Assembly (NCBI GenBank): GCA_036645795.1
Contig: JAVXNL010000003.1
Coordinates: forward strand, 1 to 32,000
Direction of reading: 5' to 3'
DNA: 32,000 nt
Origin: Clostridia bacterium
GTDB taxonomy: Bacteria > Bacillota > Clostridia > TANB77 > CAG-465
Notes under the pieces: generated by a model
Told to the model about the DNA's origin: nothing
The model's input: the letters and a program-made list of their open reading frames with translations, nothing else
Databases searched by the model: none
Translations under genes and position numbers: made by a program
Shown: in pieces, positions 1 through 9,898 of the stretch
Layout: each line of letters opens with the position of its first letter
How positions within the stretch are numbered: position 1 is the stretch's first letter

Positions 1-67
1 TTATTTTATGTTGGTTTTTAGCCATTTGTAAACTTCATTCGTTACCACTGTAAAAACCATAGTGAAT

Positions 68-95
68 TTGACATTTTTAAAAAAAATGATATAAT
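68..95 (+). promoter_or_regulatory. sigma-A type promoter for the glycosyltransferase gene
   Basis: TTGACA (68-73), 16-nt spacer, TGaTATAAT extended -10 (87-95), about 45 nt upstream of the ATG at 141. Confidence 0.6.
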
Positions 96-140
96 AGTTA
101 TGTAAAAAAATAAATAAGTATATTCTAATGGAGGTATACA

Positions 141-1457
141 ATGTCAAAAGGTATAAGAATTTTACCAAAAGAAAGATATAAAAAGAATTCGGATGACAAG
201 TATTCAGAAGAAGCGTTAGCTTTTTTTTCAGAATTAATGGGCCGGAAGGTAAAAGCGGATGATATTGGAATAAGTTTTCCAGAGTTATATTGCAATCGTG
301 TTATAACAAATGAAGAGCAAATACGGCAGATTATTGCAAATAAAGAAAGATATAGCCATAATATAACAGTAGGAATATTTACTGGTATATCAGGGAAAGG
401 TCACTTACAACCAGCAGAGGTACTCGCAGATGAATTTGTAAACAAAGGATATAATGTAGTTTTAATTGATCCCATATATATTAAAAGTGAAGCAAGAGCT
501 TTATTTAACAATTGTATGTGGAGTAACATTGCAAGACATTTTCCTATAGCTTGGAAATTAGTACGATATTTAGTGAGCAAAGAACCCATTTCTGATATAA
601 TATTTAAAAGCACAAAAGATCTTTATTCTAGTAGTATAGAAGAACTTTTCGAAACTTTAAATATTAAAATTGCTGTATCTACATTTACATATACAACAGC
701 AATGCTCTTTGGGGTGGAAATACCAAGTGTTAACTCAATTGGAATTGTTTCGCCTGACTTATCACCAATAGGATTTTTAAACAATCCCTATCATAAGAAT
801 GAGTCTTCTGGTAAAGAAGTGTATTCGTATTTTTTAAAAGACGAATTAAGCTGGAGCACAGGCTTAAGTTGTTATAAAAAGGCATTACAAGAAGTAAACT
901 ATGAAAAACAAGTTGTTATTATGGGGGGGATGTTTAATTTTCTTGAAAAAAATCCACCAAAACCAGAAAGTATTAATATTGGCAGACTATATGCTAATTT
1001 AGGAAGTGCTTCAGGGATTGGTGATGGTGGAAAATATATCGAAACAATATTAGAATCTTTTAAAGGCAAGATTATACTAAATTGTGGAGACAATAAAGCT
1101 TGGAAACAAAAAGCAGAAGAAATTATAGACAGAACCAATAGCTGTGATGTGATTATAACGGGTTGTTTGCCAGAATCGATTCACGAAAAACTTGTTAGAA
1201 CCTCTGTATATATTGCAAAGGCTGGAGGAAGTCAAACGGAAGAAGTACAGTGGCATCCGTTTTCAGCTCTATTTACATATATACCAGGGCAAGAAGCAGA
1301 AAACTATAAACATGCAATTGAAAAAGGTTATACTTGTGATGCAACAACTCATGAGTTGTTAAAGCGTTTTTTGGAAAATCCACAGGAAACAAAGATTCCA
1401 AAAACACAGAACACCGCAACAATTGCTAGTAAGGTTGTAGAAAAATTAGCAAAGTAA
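141..1457 (+). CDS. GT-B glycosyltransferase, MGDG-synthase/UgtP-like glycolipid synthase family
   Basis: 438-aa ORF with GGAGG RBS at 130-134, 6 nt before the ATG. N-terminal GISGKGHLQPAEVLADEF resembles the G-x-G-H loop. C-terminal AGGSQTEE...IPGQEAENYKHAIEKGY resembles the PGQE-x-x-N signature of MGDG synthase/UgtP enzymes. Assignment is from motif memory only. Confidence 0.5.
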   Translation: MSKGIRILPKERYKKNSDDKYSEEALAFFSELMGRKVKADDIGISFPELYCNRVITNEEQIRQIIANKERYSHNITVGIFTGISGKGHLQPAEVLADEFVNKGYNVVLIDPIYIKSEARALFNNCMWSNIARHFPIAWKLVRYLVSKEPISDIIFKSTKDLYSSSIEELFETLNIKIAVSTFTYTTAMLFGVEIPSVNSIGIVSPDLSPIGFLNNPYHKNESSGKEVYSYFLKDELSWSTGLSCYKKALQEVNYEKQVVIMGGMFNFLEKNPPKPESINIGRLYANLGSASGIGDGGKYIETILESFKGKIILNCGDNKAWKQKAEEIIDRTNSCDVIITGCLPESIHEKLVRTSVYIAKAGGSQTEEVQWHPFSALFTYIPGQEAENYKHAIEKGYTCDATTHELLKRFLENPQETKIPKTQNTATIASKVVEKLAK

Positions 1458-1466
1458 AAATTAAAT

Positions 1467-1503
1467 AAAGAAACATATCAACTAGATGTGTTTCTTTTAT
1501 TGT
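1467..1503 (+). terminator. Rho-independent terminator after the glycosyltransferase gene
   Basis: 13-bp stem aaagaaacatatc / gatgtgtttcttt (one G-U pair), 5-nt loop, followed by a T-rich run. Confidence 0.7.
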
Positions 1504-1510
1504 TTTTTTA

Positions 1511-1539
1511 TTGAAAATTATGTCAAAATCTGATATAAT
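1511..1539 (+). promoter_or_regulatory. sigma-A type promoter for mutS
   Basis: TTGAAA (1511-1516), 17-nt spacer, TGaTATAAT (1531-1539). Confidence 0.6.
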
Positions 1540-1600
1540 AAATTTAAAATAATGAAATGTAGAAAAGAAATAAATAAAAAATATACAGGGGGAATTGAAT

Positions 1601-4195
1601 ATGGCACTTACACCGATGATGAAGCAATACTTAGAAACGAAAGAAAAATATAGTGATTGTATATTGTTTTATAGACTAGGAGACTTCTATGAAATGTTCT
1701 TTGATCATGCAAAGATTTGTAGTAGAGAATTAGAACTTACACTAACAGGCAAAGATTGCGGCTTGGATAAAAGAGCTCCAATGTGTGGGATACCACATCA
1801 TGCTGTAAACACATATATACCCAAACTGATAGAAAAAGGATACAAAGTAGCGATTTGTGAACAAATAGAAGATCCTAAAACAGCAAAAGGAATAGTAAAA
1901 AGAGATGTAGTAAAGATAATAACTCCTGGAACTGTTACAGAGCTTACCATGTTAGATGATAAAAAAAATAATTATATTTGTACTATTGTATTAAAGAATA
2001 ATATATGCGCAATAGCTTTTTGTGATATATCTACGGGTGAGTTTTGTGTATCTAGTATTTCAGGTATGGATATGGATATAAAAATAATAAATGAAGTATC
2101 AAGAATATCACCTTCTGAAGTGGTTATTTCTAACTCAACAAGTACAAACACTTTATTTATAAAAGAATTAAAGAAAACTTTTGATATATATATATCAGAT
2201 TATAATGATTTTACTGAAAGTGTTTTCTTAAATAAAATAATAAAAAGCAATAAAATAATATTAGAAAATGTAGAGATAATGGCATCAACTTTGTTAATGA
2301 ACTACATTGAGAAAACACAAAAAACAAATATAGATCAAATAAATAAAATAATTATATATAAAATAGAGAAATTTATGCAATTAGATGCAACAACAAGAAA
2401 AAATCTAGAAATATTAGAATCAAATAGAGAAAAAACAAAAAAGGGAAGTCTTCTTTGGGCTTTAGATAAAACACTTACATCTATGGGTGGTAGACTTCTT
2501 AGAAAATGGTTAGAAGCACCTCTTTTAGATAAAACTGAGATTGAAAAAAGGCAGGGCGCTGTTGAAGTACTAGTAAACGATAGCATAAACAGGACACAAC
2601 TGCAAGATATATTAAAACCAATTTATGATATTGAAAGATTAATATCAAAAGTAGTAGGAACAAGTGCTAACGCAAGAGAATTAATATCACTTAAAAACTC
2701 ACTTGAAAAATTACCACCATTAAAAAAACTTTTATTACAAATTTGTGATAAAAGTAAAAATTCATATTTTACAGAATTACAAAATAGTCTAGAGACGCTT
2801 GATGATATATATGAAGAAATTGATAGTGCTATAAAAGAAGATTCAGGCATTACAATAAAAGATGGAGGGATAATTAAAACAGGATATAACGAACAAGTAG
2901 ATGAATATAGAGCAGCCTCTACTGATGGACAAAACTATATTATGGAGCTTGAAACAAAAGAAAAAGAAGAAACTAGGATTAAAGGCTTAAAAGTCGGATA
3001 TAATAGAGTTTTTGGATATTATATAGAAGTTACTAACTCATATAAAAATATGGTGCCAGAAGACAGATATATAAGGAAACAAACATTAACAGGTGCTGAA
3101 AGATATATAACCGAAGAATTAAAAGTTCTTGAAGAAAAGATACTTGGTTCAAAAGATAAGCTTATAAATATAGAATATAAACTATTTTGTAAAATAAGAG
3201 AAGATATCGCAAATCAGGTAATTAGAATTCAAAAAGCAGCTAGCATAGTTTCTATTTTAGATGTACTTTGCTCTTTTTCACAAGTTGCGGTAAATAATAA
3301 TTATATAAAACCTGAAATTGTAGAAGATGGTATAATACAGATAACAGGAGGAAGACATGCTGTAGTAGAAAAAGCTATAAAAGGTGAAGAATTTATACCA
3401 AATGATACACTTTTAAATAATACCGATGATAGATTCCTTGTGATAACTGGGCCAAATATGTCTGGTAAATCAACATATATGAGGCAAGTTGCAATAAACA
3501 CATATATGGCACAACTTGGAAGCTTTATTCCAGCAGAAAGCGCTAAAATATCAATTGTTGATAGAATATTTACAAGAATTGGCGCTTCAGATGATTTGGC
3601 TATGGGGCAATCTACTTTTATGGTTGAGATGCAAGAATTATCTAATATACTACAAAACGCAACAAAAAACAGTTTAATTATATTGGATGAAATAGGAAGA
3701 GGGACCTCTACCTACGATGGCTTAGCCATTGCTTGGGCGACAGTAGAATATGTAGCGGATATTCAAAAAATAGGAGCAAAAACACTTTTTGCAACACACT
3801 ATCATGAACTTACAGAATTAGAAGAAAAAATAGATGGTGTTAAAAATTATTCTGTACAGGTAAAAGAACGTGGAGATGAGGTAATCTTTTTAAGAAAAAT
3901 AGTTCGTGGTGGGGCCGATGAATCTTATGGTATTTATGTTGCAAAACTTGCAGGCATTTCTAAAGTTGTTATAAAAAGAGCAAAAGAGATATTAAAAGAA
4001 TTAGAAAATATAGATTTGGCAAAAAAAACAATAAAAGAAAACAAAAAGAAAATAACTACAGAAGAAATTCAAGTAGATATGTTTAATTACAAAATGGCTG
4101 AGATAACAAAAATACTTGAAAGAACTCAACTAGATGAGATTACCCCAAAAGACGCGTTAGAAGTTTTGTATAGATTAAAAGAGAAATTAAAATAA
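1601..4195 (+). CDS. mutS: DNA mismatch repair protein MutS
   Basis: N-terminal TPMMKQYLE...FYRLGDFYEMF mismatch-binding motif; Walker A GPNMSGKSTYMRQ; ILDEIGRGTSTYDG; FATHYHELT. ATG at 1601 preferred over the TTG at 1595 because of the GGGGGA RBS just upstream. Confidence 0.97.
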   Translation: MALTPMMKQYLETKEKYSDCILFYRLGDFYEMFFDHAKICSRELELTLTGKDCGLDKRAPMCGIPHHAVNTYIPKLIEKGYKVAICEQIEDPKTAKGIVKRDVVKIITPGTVTELTMLDDKKNNYICTIVLKNNICAIAFCDISTGEFCVSSISGMDMDIKIINEVSRISPSEVVISNSTSTNTLFIKELKKTFDIYISDYNDFTESVFLNKIIKSNKIILENVEIMASTLLMNYIEKTQKTNIDQINKIIIYKIEKFMQLDATTRKNLEILESNREKTKKGSLLWALDKTLTSMGGRLLRKWLEAPLLDKTEIEKRQGAVEVLVNDSINRTQLQDILKPIYDIERLISKVVGTSANARELISLKNSLEKLPPLKKLLLQICDKSKNSYFTELQNSLETLDDIYEEIDSAIKEDSGITIKDGGIIKTGYNEQVDEYRAASTDGQNYIMELETKEKEETRIKGLKVGYNRVFGYYIEVTNSYKNMVPEDRYIRKQTLTGAERYITEELKVLEEKILGSKDKLINIEYKLFCKIREDIANQVIRIQKAASIVSILDVLCSFSQVAVNNNYIKPEIVEDGIIQITGGRHAVVEKAIKGEEFIPNDTLLNNTDDRFLVITGPNMSGKSTYMRQVAINTYMAQLGSFIPAESAKISIVDRIFTRIGASDDLAMGQSTFMVEMQELSNILQNATKNSLIILDEIGRGTSTYDGLAIAWATVEYVADIQKIGAKTLFATHYHELTELEEKIDGVKNYSVQVKERGDEVIFLRKIVRGGADESYGIYVAKLAGISKVVIKRAKEILKELENIDLAKKTIKENKKKITTEEIQVDMFNYKMAEITKILERTQLDEITPKDALEVLYRLKEKLK

Positions 4196-4254
4196 ATCTT
4201 AGCTTGTAAAGTATATGTAGAAGAAAAACAGCAAAGTCGACATGGATTTTTTTA

Positions 4255-4283
4255 TTGAATATTTAATACAAAAATGATATAAT
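4255..4283 (+). promoter_or_regulatory. sigma-A type promoter for the ORF between mutS and mutL
   Basis: TTGAAT (4255-4260), 17-nt spacer, TGaTATAAT (4275-4283). Confidence 0.55.
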
Positions 4284-4312
4284 AAAAAAATAACCAAAAA
4301 GGAGTGGGATTT

Positions 4313-4948
4313 ATGGCATCTTTAATATTGCATACGTGTATTGCAAAATTAGTAAAAGATAGATTAGAATTAGATGATAGGTACTATATAGGAAATATAT
4401 TGCCAGGAATACTTTGTAAAAAAGGGATATTAAAAGCAGAATCACATTATATGAATACAATAGAGTTAGATGGAAAAGTTATAAATATACCAGATATAGA
4501 TAAATTTGAAAGGGAAAACAAATGTGAACTTAAATCAAAAGATAATTCGATTTCTTTAGGATATCTATCACATTTACTACAAGATAAGATTTGGTATGAA
4601 CAGTTTATTCCAAAGTTTGTTGCCTATGCAGAAAATGGAAGTGTTATTTATCAAAATGATAACACAAAGCACACATTAGAAGAGTTTTTAAAAGATATAT
4701 ATTTAGATTATGCATATGTTGATAAATATATAATACAAAAATATAATGTCGATATAGTTCAAATAAAAAAAGAAATGCTTAGGAATACGCAAGACAAATA
4801 TTTTAGCGCTATAGATAAATATTTTGAAGTAGCTATACCGCAAGTAGACAGGATAAATTCTTTTATAACAGTAGAAGATACAGAAAGATATTTAGAAAAA
4901 TGTCTTGAAGCAACACTTAACAAATTAAGAAAATATGGCGTTAAATAG
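4313..4948 (+). CDS. hypothetical protein with His-containing motifs faintly reminiscent of zinc-dependent phospholipase-C-like hydrolases
   Basis: AAAGGAG RBS 8 nt before the ATG at 4313 (the track start, GTG 4304, overlaps the RBS). Has its own promoter. Motifs LILHTC, AESHYM and GYLSHLLQDKIW. Function not recognised with any certainty. Confidence 0.45.
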   Translation: MASLILHTCIAKLVKDRLELDDRYYIGNILPGILCKKGILKAESHYMNTIELDGKVINIPDIDKFERENKCELKSKDNSISLGYLSHLLQDKIWYEQFIPKFVAYAENGSVIYQNDNTKHTLEEFLKDIYLDYAYVDKYIIQKYNVDIVQIKKEMLRNTQDKYFSAIDKYFEVAIPQVDRINSFITVEDTERYLEKCLEATLNKLRKYGVK

Positions 4949-4962
4949 AATAAAAAAACTAT

Positions 4963-4990
4963 TTGTTAAGTATTGTCTTTAAAATATAAT
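4963..4990 (+). promoter_or_regulatory. sigma-A type promoter for mutL
   Basis: TTGTTA (4963-4968), 16-nt spacer, TATAAT (4985-4990). Confidence 0.5.
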
Positions 4991-5070
4991 ATAGAATACA
5001 AAAACAAAAATAGAAAATAAAAAGAAAAAAGAGAAATAAAAATAAAATAAAAATAAAAAGAAAAAGAGGT
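4991..5070 (+). other. A-rich polypurine low-complexity tract forming the predicted mutL leader
   Basis: About 80 nt between the predicted -10 and the mutL RBS. By hand count only about 11 positions are pyrimidines. Composed of reiterated AAAAT/AAAAG units. Confidence 0.8.
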
Positions 5071-5076
5071 GCTTTT

Positions 5077-7029
5077 TTGGGAAGTATAATTTTATTAGAT
5101 GAACATACAGTAAATAAAATAGCAGCAGGAGAAGTTGTTGATAGACCATCTTCAATTGTAAAAGAGTTAGTTGAAAATTCAATTGATGCCGGAGCTAGTT
5201 TGGTGAGTGTAGAGATTAAAAGTGGTGGAATAAAATATATAAAAATAACAGATAATGGAAAAGGATTTGCATCAGATGATATTGAAATGGCATTTGAAAG
5301 ACACGCAACAAGTAAAATACGAAAAGAAGAAGATTTACACAAAATAACATCTATGGGGTTTAGGGGAGAAGCTTTAGCCTCTATTGCAGCAATTTCAAAA
5401 GTAAATTTAGTCACAAAAAATAAAGACGAAAATATAGGAACAAAAGCAATAGTTGAAGCGGGTAATATCTTAAGTGTAGAACCAATAGCTGCAATAACGG
5501 GAACAAAAATAGAAATTAGAGATGTGTTTTTTAATGTTCCGGCTAGATTTAAATTTTTAAAAAAAGACTATACTGAAGCAGGATATATAGAAGATGTAAT
5601 GATTAGGATAGCTCTTGCAAATCCACAAATAAGTATAAAGTATATAAATAATAATAAAACAATAATACAGACATCTGGAAATTCGGATTTAAGAAATACT
5701 ATATTTGATATATTTGGAAAAGATGTATATGAAAATGTAATACCTATAGACTACGAATATGAGGGGATAAAAATTACAGGAATGATAGGCAATTCTAAAA
5801 TTTCTCGCTCAACTAGAACTCGTCAATATACATATATAAATTCAAGATATGTAAAAAGTAAAACTATTACAAGTGCAATAGATAAAGCGTATACTCAAAA
5901 GCTTGCAATAAACAAATTTGCTTTTTGTGTAATTAATTTAAAAATCAATCCAAACAATATAGATGTAAACGTACATCCTGCAAAACTAGAAGTTAAATTT
6001 GAAAACGAAGCACAAGTGTTTGATTCAATATATTACGCATTAAGAACATCCATTGAACAAGATAACAGAAAAAATAGTCCTTTTGCAACAATTGCAAATG
6101 AAATAAAAGAAGAAACGGTAGAGAATATAGAAAACATTTCAAAAGCAATAGAAAAAGATGGTGTAATAAACTTTCAAGATAATCAAACTATTCAAAATAA
6201 TAAACTAACAAAAAAATTTAATTTTGAGATGGCAGAAAATACTAATGTACCATATATCTCAGAAAAAAGTGAGGATATATATGCTTTAGAAAAAAAGGTT
6301 AAGCAAGAAACGCAGAACCAATATGAGCTTACAAATAACGAAATTCCAAAAGAGATAACAGAAAATAAAGTTTTAAATGAAACTAAAACAATAGAAGATG
6401 AGTTAAAAAAAGAAATGACAACTTCAGAAAATATATCTAAAATAGAAAAAGAAGATCTTATGTATAGATATGTTGGACAAATATTTGATACATATATAAT
6501 AATACAAATAAAAGAGAAAATGTATATAATAGATCAACACGCTGCACACGAAAGACTTTTATATGAACAAATAAAACAAACCTATTATTCTAAAGATAAA
6601 GAAAGCCAACTTCTTTTAATACCAATACTTGTAGAGCTTACAACAAAAGAGAAAAATATAGTAGAACAAAACGCGTCAATGTTTGAACGTAGTGGCTTTA
6701 TTATAGAAGAATTTGGAGATAAAGCAATAAAGATATCTGGAGTTCCAAATATTGGTTATAGTATAGATTATGCATCAATGTTTAAAGATATAATAGATGA
6801 ATTGCTAGGTGCTCTTAAAACACAGACTACACAAAAAGAGTTTAGGTTTTTAGCAACAATTGCATGTAAAGCAGCTGTAAAAGGTAAAATGAAATTAAAT
6901 GAACAAGAACAAAAAGCTCTTATATCAGATATGGTTAAATTAGAAAATCCTTTTACTTGTCCACATGGAAGACCAACTGCATATGAGATATCTAAGTATG
7001 AAATAGAGAGAAGATTTTTAAGGAAATGA
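5077..7029 (+). CDS. mutL: DNA mismatch repair protein MutL
   Basis: GHKL ATPase N-terminus KIAAGEVVDRPSSIVKELVENSIDAGA and GFRGEAL; C-terminal endonuclease/dimerisation motifs DQHAAHERLLYE and CPHGRP. TTG start with AGAGGTG RBS. Confidence 0.95.
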   Translation: MGSIILLDEHTVNKIAAGEVVDRPSSIVKELVENSIDAGASLVSVEIKSGGIKYIKITDNGKGFASDDIEMAFERHATSKIRKEEDLHKITSMGFRGEALASIAAISKVNLVTKNKDENIGTKAIVEAGNILSVEPIAAITGTKIEIRDVFFNVPARFKFLKKDYTEAGYIEDVMIRIALANPQISIKYINNNKTIIQTSGNSDLRNTIFDIFGKDVYENVIPIDYEYEGIKITGMIGNSKISRSTRTRQYTYINSRYVKSKTITSAIDKAYTQKLAINKFAFCVINLKINPNNIDVNVHPAKLEVKFENEAQVFDSIYYALRTSIEQDNRKNSPFATIANEIKEETVENIENISKAIEKDGVINFQDNQTIQNNKLTKKFNFEMAENTNVPYISEKSEDIYALEKKVKQETQNQYELTNNEIPKEITENKVLNETKTIEDELKKEMTTSENISKIEKEDLMYRYVGQIFDTYIIIQIKEKMYIIDQHAAHERLLYEQIKQTYYSKDKESQLLLIPILVELTTKEKNIVEQNASMFERSGFIIEEFGDKAIKISGVPNIGYSIDYASMFKDIIDELLGALKTQTTQKEFRFLATIACKAAVKGKMKLNEQEQKALISDMVKLENPFTCPHGRPTAYEISKYEIERRFLRK

Positions 7030-7043
7030 TAAAGGTAGAAAAA

Positions 7044-7976
7044 ATGAAACCAAAAGTAATATGTATAGTAGGACCTACGGCATCTGGAAAAACAGGACTT
7101 AGCATAGAAGTTGCAAAAAAAATAAATGGAGAAATTATATCAGCTGATTCTATGCAAATATATAAAGGACTAGATATAGCTACTGCTAAAATAAAAAGAG
7201 CAGAAATGGAAGGAATTAAACATTATTTAATTGATATTTGCAGTATAGAAGAAAATTTTAGTGTTGCAGATTTTAAAATTATGTGTTATGATAAAATACA
7301 AGATATCATTTCAAAAGATAAAGTACCGATAATTGTAGGTGGAACTGGTTTATATATCAGCGCAATTGTAAATGATATGAATTTTGAAGAACAAGTAATT
7401 GACGAGAACTATAGAGCGCAGTTATATAATCTTAGTGAAAAATATTCAAATGAATATGTACATAATATATTAAAAAAAATTGACCCACAAGCAGCGGCAA
7501 ATATTCACTCAAACAATTTAAAACGTGTTATAAGAGCTATAGAGATTGCAAAGTATTCAAATAAAACAAAATCAGAGCATATGAAAGAAGAAAAATCAAG
7601 AATTGATTTAAAAGATGTCAAATACGATTTCAAGATTTTCTGTATAGATTTTCCTAGACAAAACTTATATGAAAGAATTAACAAAAGAGTTGATTTAATG
7701 ATAAAACAAGGTCTTGAGGAAGAAGCAAAGATGGTGTTTGATAAAAAACTTAGCAAAACAGTTACTTGTATGCAAGCAATAGGTTACAAAGAGTTTTTTC
7801 CATATTTTGAAGGAGAAATAACTTTAGAAGATGCAACAAATAAACTAAAACAAGAAACTAGAAGGTACGCTAAAAGACAAGTTACGTGGTTTAGAAATAA
7901 ATTGAAAACATACTCTATTGATGGAGAAAAAAATAAAGAAGAATTGACAAATGAGATAATAAATAATATTTGTTAG
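7044..7976 (+). CDS. miaA: tRNA dimethylallyltransferase MiaA
   Basis: MKPKVICIVGPTASGKT P-loop, SADSMQIYKGLDIATAK, YAKRQVTWFRN. The alternative ATG at 7026 overlaps the mutL stop as ATGA; start is ambiguous. Confidence 0.93.
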   Translation: MKPKVICIVGPTASGKTGLSIEVAKKINGEIISADSMQIYKGLDIATAKIKRAEMEGIKHYLIDICSIEENFSVADFKIMCYDKIQDIISKDKVPIIVGGTGLYISAIVNDMNFEEQVIDENYRAQLYNLSEKYSNEYVHNILKKIDPQAAANIHSNNLKRVIRAIEIAKYSNKTKSEHMKEEKSRIDLKDVKYDFKIFCIDFPRQNLYERINKRVDLMIKQGLEEEAKMVFDKKLSKTVTCMQAIGYKEFFPYFEGEITLEDATNKLKQETRRYAKRQVTWFRNKLKTYSIDGEKNKEELTNEIINNIC

Positions 7977-7986
7977 AGGTAGATAA

Positions 7987-9213
7987 ATGAACTCAGAAAT
8001 AAAAACTAAAGCTATAAATTTTTATAAAAGGAATAAAATAATGATTGCTATTTTTGCTATAGCAATATTTGTCTTTGGAGGAGTGAGTATATATAACAAA
8101 ATGTTTAAATCAAAGACAGTTTATACTATAGTAAATGGCTATGTAGAAAAAGTATCAGATACATTTGCATATTTAATAAAAAAAGAAACTAAGATACAAC
8201 TTAGTAAAACAGATGCAACGGTCCCTGTAATAGAACAAGGGAAAAGGGCCTCAAAGCAAGAGATTGTATCTATGTATAAAGATAAAAATTATGATGATTA
8301 TTTAAAGCAAATAGAGATAATAGATAAAGAAATACAAAGCATAATAAAAGACTTACCTATAATGTATTCAAATGATATTAATGCAATAGATACAGAAATA
8401 GCACGTTTTACACAAGAAGCTACACAAATAACATCATATGTAAAAATACAAGAATATAAACATAAAATAGATGAGCTTTCGTATAAAAAAATAATTACAC
8501 TTGGTCAGATTAGTCCTAAAGGCTCAAAGATTAGAGAACTTATTGAAAAAAGAGAAAAAATAGAAGAAGGTTCAAAAAGTTCAAATGGAAATATACGAGC
8601 ACCAGCGGCTGGGGTTGTAACATATAAAATAGATAATTTAGAAGAAGTTGCAACATATGATAATGCTTTAGATTATACAGAAGAAGATTTCGACAATATA
8701 ATAGAAAAATATATGAAAAATAACATTAATAATTTTGGTATAAAAATAGTAGATAACTTTAATGTATATGTATTAGTAAAAGAACCACAAGGAGAAAATG
8801 AACAATATATTAAAGAGGGAAAAAACTATCTGTTAAAAATAACAGATAAAGAACAAAACACTTTAAATGGAACCCTTGTAAAGTTAAAAAAGAGTGAAAA
8901 AGAGAATTATATTTTGTTTAAAATTACTGATGGAATAGAGCAAATAGTAGATGCCAGAGTTTTAAATGTAGAAATTGTATGGGCAAAAGTTAGTGGTATG
9001 TCTGCCCCTCTAAATTCTATTAAAAAAGACGAAACTTTAGGGTATAATTACATTACAATAATTAAAGGTGGAAACTATGTAAATGTTCCGGTAGAAGTTA
9101 AAATAACTAGTGATAGCATTTGTATAATAGAAAATTTAAGTGAAGAGAAAAGAAAAGAAAAAAACATTAATTCAAAAGAAGTTTTTTTGTTATATGATCA
9201 AATTGTAGTATAA
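7987..9213 (+). CDS. N-terminally membrane-anchored coiled-coil protein, HlyD/membrane-fusion-protein-like
   Basis: AGAGGTAG RBS; one N-terminal TM segment (IMIAIFAIAIFVFGGVSIY); long charged, helical-looking middle region; IRAPAAGVVTYKIDNLE resembles the lipoyl/beta-barrel motif of HlyD-family adaptors. No cognate transporter gene is adjacent. Confidence 0.4.
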   Translation: MNSEIKTKAINFYKRNKIMIAIFAIAIFVFGGVSIYNKMFKSKTVYTIVNGYVEKVSDTFAYLIKKETKIQLSKTDATVPVIEQGKRASKQEIVSMYKDKNYDDYLKQIEIIDKEIQSIIKDLPIMYSNDINAIDTEIARFTQEATQITSYVKIQEYKHKIDELSYKKIITLGQISPKGSKIRELIEKREKIEEGSKSSNGNIRAPAAGVVTYKIDNLEEVATYDNALDYTEEDFDNIIEKYMKNNINNFGIKIVDNFNVYVLVKEPQGENEQYIKEGKNYLLKITDKEQNTLNGTLVKLKKSEKENYILFKITDGIEQIVDARVLNVEIVWAKVSGMSAPLNSIKKDETLGYNYITIIKGGNYVNVPVEVKITSDSICIIENLSEEKRKEKNINSKEVFLLYDQIVV

Positions 9214-9234
9214 TTAGAATAAAGAAATCTTGAT

Positions 9235-9270
9235 AAAAGCTCCATTAAACAATAGTTTAGAGGAGCTTTT
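9235..9270. terminator. hairpin between convergent genes (possible bidirectional terminator)
   Basis: aaaagctcc (9235-9243) pairs with ggagctttt (9262-9270). The 18-nt loop is larger than ideal. A/T runs lie on both sides. Confidence 0.45.
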
Positions 9271-9301
9271 AGACTTTTAAGTTTATAGTTGATTTGTATT
9301 T

Positions 9302-9898
9302 CTACCTAGAATTGATTTTTCGAGTATATTTTTTATTGTGTTTTTTATCAAACAAAATTTTTATTTTATCATCACATTTAATAGGTTTAAATATTTCTTT
9401 TTGCTCTCCAAGGATAAGTAACAAGTGATAAAGTTCATATGTGGTAAAAAGACCCGTCTCAAACATATCACATATTGCTTTTTCATAAAAAAAATCTTTT
9501 GAGTTTTCTATTATAACCGGTTGATCTATAATTTTATTGTATATAGAAATGTTTTCAGGTAATATTGAAGAGCAAATAATTGCTATAGGTTCTTCAAAAT
9601 CACCAATTTTATATTTTTCTTTTTTTACTAAAAAATGCTTTAAAGCATTGGTATTTTCACATGTTTTGTTATATATATATACATTTAAATTATCGGCTAC
9701 GATTTTTAAGCAAGTGTATTGGATATCATAATATAGATCACAATCTTTGGGTGATAAATAAGCTATAATAGAATTTTTTTCAATATCTGCTATTGCTAAA
9801 CACTTATTAGCGTACTCAGATAATTTCATTCCATATTTTACGGCTTCATTTATTTTAGTGTTTTCAATATATAAGTATAAATTATTCAAACGTTGCAC
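9302..9898 (-). CDS. hypothetical protein
   Basis: 198-aa ORF with no TM segments and no motif I recognise. The GTG at 9898 sits 1 nt from an AGGAGA RBS, so the TTG at 9889 (10-nt spacing) may be the real start. Confidence 0.5.
   Translation of the reverse strand: MQRLNNLYLYIENTKINEAVKYGMKLSEYANKCLAIADIEKNSIIAYLSPKDCDLYYDIQYTCLKIVADNLNVYIYNKTCENTNALKHFLVKKEKYKIGDFEEPIAIICSSILPENISIYNKIIDQPVIIENSKDFFYEKAICDMFETGLFTTYELYHLLLILGEQKEIFKPIKCDDKIKILFDKKHNKKYTRKINSR

Noticed and set aside
1-60. 19-codon minus-strand ORF (MVFTVVTNEVYKWLKTNIK) at the left window edge
   Set aside because: Too short, no RBS seen, overlaps nothing interpretable, and cannot be evaluated at the window edge.
401-1138. Antisense track ORFs 401-613(-) and 899-1138(-) inside the glycosyltransferase gene. 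Similar antisense ORFs occur inside mutS (2335-2586, 2623-2850, 3301-3501), miaA (7505-7756), gyrA (17220-19473, several), the VanW gene, the T4CP genes, dnaX and ybaB.
   Set aside because: All lie fully within, and opposite to, ORFs with strong family motifs. They have no RBS and give low-complexity S/F/L/I-rich translations typical of the reverse strand of AT-rich genes.
4959-5414. Track ORFs 4959-5414(-) and 4979-5182(-) spanning the mutL start region
   Set aside because: Their FLFLFFLF-type translation is simply the complement of the A-rich polypurine leader. They also overlap the well-supported mutL N-terminus.
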